Positions 9,386 to 18,510 are shown, counted from the first letter of the whole stretch. The stretch: DNA of 63,853 bases, filler included, from Caldilineae bacterium (GCA_037446815.1; 4 parts of 4 records of this genome joined end to end with filler, not necessarily neighbours in it), one strand, 5' to 3'. Numbers and translations: made by a program. The notes: generated by a model not told the origin, from the sequence alone.

Positions 9386-10948
9386 CTACCCATACGCCTC
9401 CAGGTGCCGCGCGAAGTGCCGCTCCAGCGCCCGGTAGTACGCCTCCTCATGCGCGTCCAGCACGGCCAGCAGGCGGCCCCGGAACCGATACTCGCCGTCC
9501 GCGCCCCGCTGCGTCAGCACCGACCCGAACGTAACGTGCAGCACCTGGCGCGCGTCGGGCTGATCCAACAGGCTGGGCAACTGCCCGTCGGCAAGAGCAT
9601 CCGGCTGGGGCACGTTGCGCAAGTCAGGCGACATGTGATACGTGGCGCGGTCGCGCTCAAAGCGCTCCTTCGCAAACCCCAGGATTTCGCGGAACAGGCC
9701 GGGGGACTTCTGCGCCGTGATGCGCAGCGCCTCCAGGTAACTGGTGCCCGCCGTCTTCACGTGCAGCAGCCCTTCGGTGTGGCGCGCCGCGATTCCGTAG
9801 ATGCTGAACTTGTCCGAACCCGAGTGAATGCTCAGTTTGTACGGCCCGACGCGCCGCGCGATGGCCGCGTGCGCCGCAAATGACCGCTCAAACGCCTTCA
9901 CGTCGCCGATGTAGTCTATGCCCTTCTGGAAACTCCCCACGAACCGCGGCGCCAGGCTGACCCACTCCACGCCCAGCCGCTGGAGTTCCTGCGCGATGAA
10001 GAAGTGCTCTTCGGGACTCGTCGGCGCTTCCGTCTCGTCCACCGACATCTCCAACTCAAACGGCCGCCCCTGCATCCTGTCGCGCACGTGCTCGTACATC
10101 AGCGCCGTGTGGACGATGGCCCTCCCATACTTGACGACCGCGCGGGCCAGTCGCTCGTCATCAAACTCCACCAGGACGCCCGGCTCTATCCGCCACGACT
10201 TGCCCGAGTAGCGGGCCGCCAGCGCGTCCCACGTTGTCCGAAGTTGGCCCCACGGCGCCTTGTTCAGGCGGTCGCGCAGCGCAGCCACGTCGGCGGTATC
10301 CGCCTCATTATCCACGTGGTCGCCCGGGTCAATGGTGAACATCGTGTACCCGACCGCGGCGCACGCCGCTACGTCGTCGGGCGTCTTCAGGTGATCGGCG
10401 TCGGAGCCGAAATCCCCATCCCAGCCCTCCTGAAACGCGCCCCAGAGGGCATCGTCCATCACGTCCTGCGGCGTCCGCTCGGTGCGCGCCATCTCGCGGA
10501 TGGACTGCTGGGGGAAGAACGGCACGAGGCCGCTCCCGCGCACGGCCCGCACGTGGCCGGGCGTCGCCACGCCAATGCGGTCGCCGAAGCCGAACGAACC
10601 GCGCAGCCCTACTGTGCGCGGCTTCAGGAACGGCAGATGCCGCTGCAACACCGCCAGATTCCCGCGTGACATCGGGCCGGTGCTCAGGTACAGCGTGTGC
10701 CCGCCCCACTCCATCTGTCGCGTGTCCCCCGCCAACTCCTGGGCCGGATCCGCCCGCAACCAGGCCACGCGCTTGCCCTCGGCCCCGCGCCACAGGAAGA
10801 ACAGCCCCATCGGCGACGCCGCGATGGATCGGGCATACACCCCGCCCCCGACGACAAGCCCCAACTTCTCGGCGAGGCCCGCGCGATACTCCTCCTGCGC
10901 GTAGCCCGCCGTTGGCGACTTGACCAAGCGAAGCACCAACTCCTCCAT
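9386..10948 (-). CDS. uxaE: Tagaturonate/fructuronate epimerase UxaE
   Basis: GFGDRIG, QQSIREMART.R, GSDADHLK, SVDET, YKLSIHSGSDKFS and HVKTAGTSYLEALR; GAGGAGG RBS. Confidence 0.93.
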   Translation of the reverse strand: MEELVLRLVKSPTAGYAQEEYRAGLAEKLGLVVGGGVYARSIAASPMGLFFLWRGAEGKRVAWLRADPAQELAGDTRQMEWGGHTLYLSTGPMSRGNLAVLQRHLPFLKPRTVGLRGSFGFGDRIGVATPGHVRAVRGSGLVPFFPQQSIREMARTERTPQDVMDDALWGAFQEGWDGDFGSDADHLKTPDDVAACAAVGYTMFTIDPGDHVDNEADTADVAALRDRLNKAPWGQLRTTWDALAARYSGKSWRIEPGVLVEFDDERLARAVVKYGRAIVHTALMYEHVRDRMQGRPFELEMSVDETEAPTSPEEHFFIAQELQRLGVEWVSLAPRFVGSFQKGIDYIGDVKAFERSFAAHAAIARRVGPYKLSIHSGSDKFSIYGIAARHTEGLLHVKTAGTSYLEALRITAQKSPGLFREILGFAKERFERDRATYHMSPDLRNVPQPDALADGQLPSLLDQPDARQVLHVTFGSVLTQRGADGEYRFRGRLLAVLDAHEEAYYRALERHFARHLEAYG

Positions 10949-10962
10949 GTCCACCTCCTCGC

Positions 10963-11772
10963 CTACAATCCCCACGACCGCATGGCCTTGATGCTCTCCA
11001 CGGCGCACGTGTCCGCGTCGGGCATGGGCATCGCCTCCACCGAGACATAGCCGGTGTAGCCCACTTCGCGCAGCGTCGCCACGATGGCGGGGAAATCCAG
11101 GTGGCCGGCCCCCGGATACCAACGGTTGGAGTCAGCCACGTGGAAGTGGAACAATCGCGGCGCGGCGGCGCGAGTGCTCCGATAGATATCGGGCTCCTCA
11201 ATGTTCATGTGGAACGTGTCCAGGAGCATGCCGAGATTCGGCATACCCACCTGTTCCAACAGCGCCAGGCCATCGGCGGCCGTGTTGACGAGCGTCGTCT
11301 CGTAGCGATTGATGGGCTCCACGGCGATCCGCACGCCCGCGTCCTGCGCCGCTTCAGCGCACTCGCGCAGCGCGTCGGCCATCCATGCCCACGCCTGTTC
11401 GTGCGACACCCCCGGCCGCACGATGCCCCGCAGCAGGCCGATGATGATGACCGCGCCAAACCTGGCCGCGACCGGCACGTGGCTTTTCACGCGCTCTATG
11501 GCAGCGCGCCGCACGGCGGGGTTCGGATCCGTGAACGACAGTCCCTCCTCGCCCCAAGCCTGGCCAGTGCCGATGGCGGGCACCTCCAGGCCATGCCTCT
11601 GCAATAGGCGACTCAGCGCGTCCACGTCCACAGCGTTGGGGTCGCGGATGGCCAGTTCCGCGCCGTCGTAGCCCAAGGATGCGATGCGCGCCAGATTCGT
11701 CTCCAGGTCGCCTTTGAACGCGACGGCGTTGAATTGCGCCGCATGGGTAGAAACGACGATGGCTTTCTTCAT
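10963..11772 (-). CDS. iolO: 5-keto-L-gluconate epimerase IolO
   Basis: TIM barrel with FNAVAFKGD, AIGTGQAWGEEGLS, EPINRYE, DTFHMNIEE and HVADSNRWYPG; lies between iolN and uxaE. Confidence 0.85.
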   Translation of the reverse strand: MKKAIVVSTHAAQFNAVAFKGDLETNLARIASLGYDGAELAIRDPNAVDVDALSRLLQRHGLEVPAIGTGQAWGEEGLSFTDPNPAVRRAAIERVKSHVPVAARFGAVIIIGLLRGIVRPGVSHEQAWAWMADALRECAEAAQDAGVRIAVEPINRYETTLVNTAADGLALLEQVGMPNLGMLLDTFHMNIEEPDIYRSTRAAAPRLFHFHVADSNRWYPGAGHLDFPAIVATLREVGYTGYVSVEAMPMPDADTCAVESIKAMRSWGL

Positions 11773-11802
11773 GCCCCTCCTCGCACCTGTGCGTGCTGTG
11801 GC

Positions 11803-11835
11803 AAAAAACGAGGCCGGCGACTTCTGCCGGCCTCG
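11803..11835 (-). terminator. Intrinsic terminator-like hairpin between iolN and iolO
   Basis: Minus strand CGAGGCCGGC-loop-GCCGGCCTCG-TTTTTT. Confidence 0.7.
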
Positions 11836-11851
11836 CGTCGCCAGGTTTCGC

Positions 11852-12838
11852 CTAGGCTGGCGGGTAAGCCAGCGCGTAGATGCTGCACCCGCCTTCGGCT
11901 AGCGGGCCTTTGATGGCGGCCTCTATCTCATCGCGCCGCCGCTGCGTAATCTGATCAATGGGCGGCAATTCGCCCGCCGGGAACCGCTCCATGATGTCGT
12001 TGACCAACTCCACGATGTAGTCCAGCAGCGCTTCCACGCCGGGCATCGCCTTCTTCGGGTCTGCCAGGCTTGCCTTCCCTACGACGCCGGGCTTGTACGC
12101 CGCCACCTCAATCGGCCCCAGCCCCACCTGCCCGTACCAGGCGATGGGCCTGTGGAGCAGGTTGCCGGCCTTATCCACGTGCTTCGCCATCTTGTCGCCC
12201 AGGAAACTCGTCGGCTGCGTGTCCACCACGGCGCTCATGTCCATCAGTTCGGGGAACAGCACCAGCGACCACGAGGTCTCCACTTCGTCCGCGTGGATGA
12301 AGTTCGTCTCGTAGGGGCCGCCCTCGGCCTTCGTCTTGAAGTGCTCGGGAATCGCATGGTACCAGTTCAAGTTGACGAAGACGCCGGGAACCTGGTAGGT
12401 CTTGGCGAACTGATGGATGGCCGTGGGAATCACGTACTCCTGCCCGTGGCCGTTCAGCAGAATCTGCTTGCGGAACCCCATATTCCACAGGCCCGCCATG
12501 ACCGCCTTCAACTGGCCGACGAAAATCTCCTCCGGCACGATGATTGTCCCGGGCATCCCCATGTGGTGGTACGGATGCGACCCGTACCAAATCGGCTGGG
12601 CCACCGTGCACCCGGTTCGCAGGGCCACCGCCTCGGCCATGCGCGTAACGAGGAACGTGTCCTCGCCCAGGCAGGCGTGGGGGCCGTGGGCCTCGGTGGA
12701 GCCTACCGGCACGATGATGAGGTCGTTTTTCTTCAGGCGCTCCTCAATCTGCTTCCAGGTCATGTTCTGGAGATAGACCTGCGTGGGCAGGTCCATGTGC
12801 CCGCCCTTCGGGGGCAGTTCCCACTTGTGCTTGCTCAT
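11852..12838 (-). CDS. iolN: 3-dehydro-scyllo-inosose hydrolase IolN (creatininase family)
   Basis: PVGSTEAHGPH..GED, NGHGQ and HADEVETS; N-terminal KWELPP.GGHMD typical of IolN. Confidence 0.88.
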   Translation of the reverse strand: MSKHKWELPPKGGHMDLPTQVYLQNMTWKQIEERLKKNDLIIVPVGSTEAHGPHACLGEDTFLVTRMAEAVALRTGCTVAQPIWYGSHPYHHMGMPGTIIVPEEIFVGQLKAVMAGLWNMGFRKQILLNGHGQEYVIPTAIHQFAKTYQVPGVFVNLNWYHAIPEHFKTKAEGGPYETNFIHADEVETSWSLVLFPELMDMSAVVDTQPTSFLGDKMAKHVDKAGNLLHRPIAWYGQVGLGPIEVAAYKPGVVGKASLADPKKAMPGVEALLDYIVELVNDIMERFPAGELPPIDQITQRRRDEIEAAIKGPLAEGGCSIYALAYPPA

Positions 12839-12873
12839 TGCCATTCTCCTTTCATCATGCGGCCTGTGCCGCT

Positions 12874-13899
12874 CTACGGTGTGATAACGACCTTGATTCC
12901 CTCGCCGGCCCGGAGCGCGGCAATCCCCTCCAGGATGCGCGGCAAGGGCAACGTGTGCGTGGTGAGCGCCGACGGCTTCACCACGCCGCTCTCCAACATG
13001 CGAATCGCCCGGGGGAACGTGTTGATGCCGATGTACGTCCCCATGACGGTGAGTTCCTTGCGCGTTATGTCAAACTGATGCACCTGCGGATATGCCTGCT
13101 GGTTCATGCCAAACAGCACAATCTTGCCACCCACCGCCGCCTGCTCTATCGCCTGCGGCAACAGCGACCCGACCGCATCCACGACGACATCCACGCCGCG
13201 GCCGCCTGTCGCCTCGCGCGTAACGGCAACCGGATCCTCGGTCTTGACGTTCACGACCACGTCCGCGCCCAGTTTGCGCGCGTATTCCAGGCGATACGGC
13301 GCGATATCCGTCATGATAATCTTGCCCGCACCCGCCGCCTTGAACACCAGTTCAAACATCAGGCCGACCGGCCCCGCGCCCAGGATGGCAACCGTCTCCC
13401 CGGGCTGCAAGCGCACCTTCTCGGTGCCCCCGACGATGCACGACAGGAGTTCGGCGTAGACCGCTTCCTGCGGCGGCAGTGTCGGGGCGACCTTGAACAG
13501 CGCCCGCTCCGGCGCCACGTTGTACCTGGCGAACCCACCATCCAGGAAGATGCCCAGCGTCGTGAAATGCTCGCACTGGTTGGGTCGCCCGCTGGTGCAC
13601 GGGCCGCAGATGCCGCAGTACAGGTTCGGCGCCACGACCACGCGGTCGCCCGGCTGAACCGTGGACACCGCGCTGCCGGTCTCCAGCACGCGCCCCACAT
13701 ACTCGTGCCCCAGAATCGCGCCCGGAGTGGCCGGATGCCCCGGCGGCACCTCTAGGATGTGCAGGTCGGTGCCGCACACTCCCGCCGCCTCCACCTCCAG
13801 CAGCACGTCATCGGGGTTCTTGATGCGCGGGACGGGAACCTCCCGCACGCTCAACTTACCCTGGCCCTCAAACACGGCGGCCAACATCGTTTTGTCCAT
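12874..13899 (-). CDS. Zinc-dependent alcohol/polyol dehydrogenase (MDR family)
   Basis: CGTD, GHE, structural-Zn CGICGPC..C, GAGPVG. Confidence 0.92.
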   Translation of the reverse strand: MDKTMLAAVFEGQGKLSVREVPVPRIKNPDDVLLEVEAAGVCGTDLHILEVPPGHPATPGAILGHEYVGRVLETGSAVSTVQPGDRVVVAPNLYCGICGPCTSGRPNQCEHFTTLGIFLDGGFARYNVAPERALFKVAPTLPPQEAVYAELLSCIVGGTEKVRLQPGETVAILGAGPVGLMFELVFKAAGAGKIIMTDIAPYRLEYARKLGADVVVNVKTEDPVAVTREATGGRGVDVVVDAVGSLLPQAIEQAAVGGKIVLFGMNQQAYPQVHQFDITRKELTVMGTYIGINTFPRAIRMLESGVVKPSALTTHTLPLPRILEGIAALRAGEGIKVVITP

Positions 13900-13914
13900 G
13901 AGTCCACACCTCCT

Positions 13915-14655
13915 CTACACGCGCAGGGTCATGCCGTCCTGCGCCACGGTGATTATACCGGAATAGACCTTCCCCGCCACGGACGCCACGTCCACGCGGT
14001 CGCACGGCGGGTAGAAATGCGTCAGCACCAGGTGCGCGGCCCCCGCCTGCTCCGCCAGCATCCCCGCGCTCGTCGGCGTGAGATGGTACGGCTCCGCCAG
14101 GTCATCGGGGAACGAGCACTCGGCGATGAGCATGTCGGCGCCCCGCGCAAACGCAACCAGCCGATCCCCCGCCACGGCATCGCCGGTGTACACCAGCGTC
14201 TTGCCTTCGGCGCGCAGCCGGTACGCCAGCGATTCGGGCGTATGCCCCGACGGCGCAGCATCCACCGTCCAGCCCGGCCCCTGGAACTCGCCTTGCGTAA
14301 TGTCCACTTCGCGCAGTTCATACAGCGCCGGCTGCGCCCAGGGATTCAAGTCCATCATGGCCGCCGCGTAATGCAGGAAGGCTGGGGACGACAGGATGTG
14401 CAGCGGGCGAGTCCGCCGCATCAGGGCAAATGCCTGGAGCATCGGCACCAAATCGGCGCAGTGATCCGAATGGGAGTGGGTGAAGAACACGTACTCCAGC
14501 GTTCCCACGTCCACGCCCGCCCGCAGCATCCGGTGCAGCGTTCCCGAGCCCGCGTCAAACAAGAGCGTGCTATCCTCCACCCGCGCCAGAAGGCCGGGCG
14601 GGTAGCGGCGCGGGTTCGGGTATCCCGTGCCCGATCCGAGAATGGTAATCTCCAT
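13915..14655 (-). CDS. Metallo-beta-lactamase-fold hydrolase, RNase Z/AtsA-like
   Basis: ITILGSG, FDAGSG, THSHSDH, GHT, YTGD, AEC and THFYP motifs. Confidence 0.88.
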   Translation of the reverse strand: MEITILGSGTGYPNPRRYPPGLLARVEDSTLLFDAGSGTLHRMLRAGVDVGTLEYVFFTHSHSDHCADLVPMLQAFALMRRTRPLHILSSPAFLHYAAAMMDLNPWAQPALYELREVDITQGEFQGPGWTVDAAPSGHTPESLAYRLRAEGKTLVYTGDAVAGDRLVAFARGADMLIAECSFPDDLAEPYHLTPTSAGMLAEQAGAAHLVLTHFYPPCDRVDVASVAGKVYSGIITVAQDGMTLRV

Positions 14656-14731
14656 AACGGCATCGTCTCTTGAGGCGCTTGCGGCGGGCTGGACAGCGCC
14701 ACACGACCCTGTCCGGCCCGCCCCGCGCCTG

Positions 14732-15883
14732 CTAGATTCGCACCATGACCTTGCCATCCTGGCGGCTCGTGGACTGCCGAATGGCATCCACAACGCTCAC
14801 CAGGTCGTACCGGGCCGTGATAATCTGCGTCATGTCTATCAGGCCGGAAGCCATAAGGCGAATCACGTTCGGGAATGTGCCGTTGCCCGAATGCCCCTGC
14901 GCGCCGAAGACCTGCGCGTGATGCGTCTGGAAGTGCTCCAGGTACATCGGCACCCGCTCCGCCGCGCGGCCAATCTGGACGATGCGGGCGTTGACGGCCA
15001 TAGAAGCTTCCATCTCCGGGATGGTCTTGGAGGGCGCACCGGCGGCCTCCACATGGAAGTCCGCGCCTTCGCCGCCCGTGAGTTCCATCACCACCTCGCT
15101 GGGCTTGACCGCGCGCGGGTCGTACACGTAGTCGGCCCCAACCTTCTTGGCCAATTCGCGGCGGGCCTCAGACACCTCAAAGGCGATGACCTTGGCCGCG
15201 CCCGACGCCTTGCACAGGGCAATGGACGCCAGGCCGATGGGCCCCGCCCCGTACACGGCCACATAGGCCCCGGGCTTGAAGCCGCCTGCCCGCGCGAAAA
15301 TCCCATTGTACGCCACCGACGTGGGCTCCACCAATGCCCCGGCTTCAAAGATCTTGTCGTCATCGTACCGCTCGCGTAGCGCGTTCAGTTTCCAGCAGTA
15401 CTTCGCGCCGACGGCGATGTACTCCGCAAACGCGCCGTCAATGGTGAAGCCGATTTCCTCCAGGTTCTTGCACTGGTTGGGGTAGCCATCGCGGCATGGA
15501 CGGCAGTGGCCGCACCAAATCATCTCCTCCGCCGTAACGAAATCCCCCACGGCGAAGTCCTTGACGGCGCTGCCCACCTCCACGATTTCGCCCGAAAACT
15601 CGTGGCCCAGGATGCTGGGGAACTTGGTGAGGCCGGGATACAGAATGTAGTTGTCCTTGTCGGTCTCGTAGAAGTGCATGTCAGAGCCGCAAACCCCGCA
15701 CGCCCGCACGCGAATCAGCACCTGATCCGGCGCAATCTGGGGCTTGGGGACTTCCTGGACGATGAGTTTGGGATTCCGCCACACGGCATTGCCTGTGATA
15801 GCCTTGCCCGTGGTCTTCTCAAACTCCGACACGTGATACCCTGGCCGAGGCTGCCATTCTGCGGCGAGTACTAACCCCTTCAT
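14732..15883 (-). CDS. iolM: scyllo-inosose 3-dehydrogenase IolM
   Basis: MDR fold with IolM-type AEWQPRPGY, YILYPGLTKFP.ILGHE, AEEMIWCG and GAQGHSG. Confidence 0.88.
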   Translation of the reverse strand: MKGLVLAAEWQPRPGYHVSEFEKTTGKAITGNAVWRNPKLIVQEVPKPQIAPDQVLIRVRACGVCGSDMHFYETDKDNYILYPGLTKFPSILGHEFSGEIVEVGSAVKDFAVGDFVTAEEMIWCGHCRPCRDGYPNQCKNLEEIGFTIDGAFAEYIAVGAKYCWKLNALRERYDDDKIFEAGALVEPTSVAYNGIFARAGGFKPGAYVAVYGAGPIGLASIALCKASGAAKVIAFEVSEARRELAKKVGADYVYDPRAVKPSEVVMELTGGEGADFHVEAAGAPSKTIPEMEASMAVNARIVQIGRAAERVPMYLEHFQTHHAQVFGAQGHSGNGTFPNVIRLMASGLIDMTQIITARYDLVSVVDAIRQSTSRQDGKVMVRI

Positions 15884-15938
15884 TGCAACAATCCTCCTTA
15901 TCCGTTGAAAGTGTGGTAACAGGCTTGTGGTCAGATAC

Positions 15939-15952
15939 TGCACACGTTTGCA
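15939..15952 (-). promoter_or_regulatory. LacI-family operator
   Basis: Minus strand TGCAAACGTGTGCA, 5 bp downstream of the -10, same geometry as 105-118. Confidence 0.78.
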
Positions 15953-15957
15953 TTGGG

Positions 15958-15986
15958 ATTATAGCACGGAGCCGCCCATTTGTCAA
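15958..15986 (-). promoter_or_regulatory. Sigma70 promoter of the iolM operon
   Basis: Minus strand TTGACA-17 bp (ending TGC)-TATAAT. Confidence 0.85.
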
Positions 15987-16042
15987 AAACATCACTTGCG
16001 GGCGCGAGCCGCCTTCCCACCAACTGGCCGGGCCCGTCGGAC

Positions 16043-16076
16043 GAAAAAAGAGGCGAGGGATGAACACCCCTCGCCC
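16043..16076 (-). terminator. Intrinsic terminator
   Basis: Minus strand GGCGAGGG-loop-CCCTCGCC-TCTTTTTT. Confidence 0.7.
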
Positions 16077-16103
16077 GATGGGTTCGCGCGAATGTGCGCA
16101 GGG

Positions 16104-16316
16104 CTAGCGCGACCTCGCGCCTCCGACTGCGGTCAGCATCTCGGTAATCGCCAGGAGCAACACCAGCCCAATCCACAGCACGCGCTCCGCGGCAGTGAAC
16201 GGCCGGTGCTGCTCCAGCCGCTGGATGAGGAACACCGCCGCCCCAACTTGTGCCACGCCAAACACCGCAGTGAGTCCCAGAGTCCCGAGAAAACTCGTCC
16301 GTCGCAGCATCCTCAT
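16104..16316 (-). CDS. Small two-helix membrane protein (70 aa)
   Basis: AAGGAGGT RBS, ATG at 16316, two hydrophobic segments, terminators on both sides. Confidence 0.65.
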   Translation of the reverse strand: MRMLRRTSFLGTLGLTAVFGVAQVGAAVFLIQRLEQHRPFTAAERVLWIGLVLLLAITEMLTAVGGARSR

Positions 16317-16348
16317 CGCAGACCTCCTTGCCGTCTCTACACTGCCAA

Positions 16349-16374
16349 AACGCCGGACAACGGCCTGGAGTTCC
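16349..16374 (-). promoter_or_regulatory. Candidate ECF sigma promoter
   Basis: Minus strand GGAAC-N17-CGTT. Confidence 0.5.
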
Positions 16375-16414
16375 GCCCAATCGCCAAAATTCACGAAATC
16401 TTTGGCACCGCGCC

Positions 16415-16440
16415 AAACAAAAAGCGCCCTCTCGGGCGCT
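16415..16440 (-). terminator. Intrinsic terminator
   Basis: Minus strand AGCGCCC-GAGA-GGGCGCT-TTTTGTTT. Confidence 0.75.
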
Positions 16441-16462
16441 GGGATGTTCGCTGCGCTGCGCG

Positions 16463-16909
16463 TTACCTGCGCTGGGCGCGTCCCTTGGGCGGGCTGATGG
16501 GCTTGATGCCCATGTACACCTGCTTGCCGCCCAGCGTCGCCAGGACGGCCTCCGGCGTCCTCCGGCCGATCATCTTGTGGAGTTCCACGGCCGTAAGCGG
16601 GGTGTTGTCGTTGGCCAGAAAGATGCGAAAAGCGGCCTCGGCCAGCGGCGTGTACTCCGTGATGTAGGACGGCTTCTGACTGCAGCACGTGCGCAGGCTG
16701 TGCCACAGCCCATCCACGCGCGTGATTTCCGCCGTATCCGGGTCAATCCAGTCAATCTCGCCGACGGAGCCCATCGGCGGATACTTCTCCCGGCAATCAT
16801 CGCACAAGCGGCTGTGGAGGACCACGCGGAAGTTGGAGCCTTTCTCGGTCCACCAGTCAAAGTCAATATGGAACTTCGTTTCCAACGTTGGCTTCACCCA
16901 AGGAGTCAT
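16463..16909 (-). CDS. Conserved hypothetical protein (Cys-containing, possible C-terminal HTH)
   Basis: 148 aa; KPTLETKFHIDFDWW, CDDC, WIDPDTAE, CC; GGAG RBS; 11 bp from upstream gene. Confidence 0.8.
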   Translation of the reverse strand: MTPWVKPTLETKFHIDFDWWTEKGSNFRVVLHSRLCDDCREKYPPMGSVGEIDWIDPDTAEITRVDGLWHSLRTCCSQKPSYITEYTPLAEAAFRIFLANDNTPLTAVELHKMIGRRTPEAVLATLGGKQVYMGIKPISPPKGRAQRR

Positions 16910-16920
16910 GCTACCGCTCC

Positions 16921-18510
16921 CTAGCGCTTCTGAATTTTGGTTGGGTCAAACCCCAAGTAGCCGTTGCCCTCGTCCACAAAGCACGGGTTCACCGACAATT
17001 CGTAGAAAATGGGGCCGGGCGGGCATCGGCGAATCAGGTTGAATGCCGCGTATACCGTCTTGGCGTGCACGCGCGGGCCGAGTTTCGCCAATTCGGGGAA
17101 CAGGTCCAACAGGATATCCAAGACCGGCCGCCCGCGTTCCTGCTCCGCCACCCAGAGGTCATCCAGCGCCGGCGACGGGTCCTCGGCCACAAGCATCGTT
17201 TCGTCGTATTCGCAACTGATGGGATACTTCGTCATCTGGAACGTCAGCCTTCCGGCATCCGCGCGGGCCACCCGCACCCACTCACGCCGCATGCGGCGCG
17301 GCTCAAAGTCAATGATGATCTCCGACGGGTTGCCGGTCTTCTGGAGCCAGATGAGCGCCCCCGCGGGGATTTCATTCTGCAGGTACCATTCCCGCAGGCC
17401 GAAGACATACCCGCTTCCCGGCACCACCCAGCCGCTCATCGCCTCCCCATTCTGGCCGTTGATAAGCCGCACCGGCACCATAGCCCCCGGCCCATCGGGG
17501 AAGAACCCACGCGTGCGCGGCGTCAACGGCAGCGTGCCTGCCTTGCGGTGCGGCGCAATCAGCACGATAGACGCCTTGTCGCCGGGCTTTCGCTTCTCAG
17601 CCGGCGCTCCCGCCAGGTCGCTCGCTTCGTCGTCAATCTCGTGCTCAACCTGCTGCAAGACGGCGCTGATCTGCTTGCGATTGAAGGCGATGGGCGTGTA
17701 GGTCAGCCAAATGGGCGTTTGGAGAACCTCCGGCGGGAGTAGTCGTCGGAGATACCACATCGGCTCCTTGGTCGTGCCCAGGTTCATGAACCGCTCGTCG
17801 GCGCCCAGGGCAACATCCACGGCAAAACGCTGCACATCGTGAGGAACTTCCGCAGGCAACGCGAGTTCCTTCAGCACCTCCTCCGAACTCACGGGCCGCG
17901 CGTTCAGTTCAATCATGGCCTCGGCAAGGTTCAGATAGCCGATGTGAATCTCCGGCATCAATTCGCGAAGGAACCAGTGGCCATCCAACTGCACGAAACC
18001 CAATGCGCTGGCCTGTGCGAGCCGTTCATTGACCGCGGCATCCAGCGCCGCCTTGTGCTCCTGGTAGATTTGCTTCGGGGATGCGCCTTGCAAGAGTTGT
18101 GCGATGTCCGCGTTCAGTTTGTGGGGGAAATCCAACTCGGCCGGGAACTCACGAATCTCGTCCGCCCCCTCCATCGCAACCTGAATCACCTTGAAGGGCG
18201 GATACGCCGGGTTCACACCGTCCCGAATCCCAACCACCTTCCCAACGGCAAAATCCAGCGCGGGAAACACCAGGGTCTGGCCCACCGTGTAGGACTTCTT
18301 CGGCTGGTACGCCTCCCCGTGGGAAAGCCTCGCCTGCACGGCCTTGGCCTGTTCGGCCAGGCGCTGCCCCACCAACGCCAGCGCAAGGTCTTTGGTCGCG
18401 CATGGTCTGCCCTGCTCGTGGAGCCACTCGTACAAGAACGCCACATCATCGTCCGTGAGGGCAAGTTCCCCCGTCCATCCCGATGGCTGATTCAGTTTCT
18501 GGCGAACCAA
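16921..18510 (-). CDS. Conserved hypothetical multidomain protein (putative winged-helix repeats, Tudor-like and B3-like segments)
   Basis: About 529 aa ORF, GGAGG RBS before TTG 18510; domain calls are by eye only. Confidence 0.8.
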   Translation of the reverse strand: MVRQKLNQPSGWTGELALTDDDVAFLYEWLHEQGRPCATKDLALALVGQRLAEQAKAVQARLSHGEAYQPKKSYTVGQTLVFPALDFAVGKVVGIRDGVNPAYPPFKVIQVAMEGADEIREFPAELDFPHKLNADIAQLLQGASPKQIYQEHKAALDAAVNERLAQASALGFVQLDGHWFLRELMPEIHIGYLNLAEAMIELNARPVSSEEVLKELALPAEVPHDVQRFAVDVALGADERFMNLGTTKEPMWYLRRLLPPEVLQTPIWLTYTPIAFNRKQISAVLQQVEHEIDDEASDLAGAPAEKRKPGDKASIVLIAPHRKAGTLPLTPRTRGFFPDGPGAMVPVRLINGQNGEAMSGWVVPGSGYVFGLREWYLQNEIPAGALIWLQKTGNPSEIIIDFEPRRMRREWVRVARADAGRLTFQMTKYPISCEYDETMLVAEDPSPALDDLWVAEQERGRPVLDILLDLFPELAKLGPRVHAKTVYAAFNLIRRCPPGPIFYELSVNPCFVDEGNGYLGFDPTKIQKR

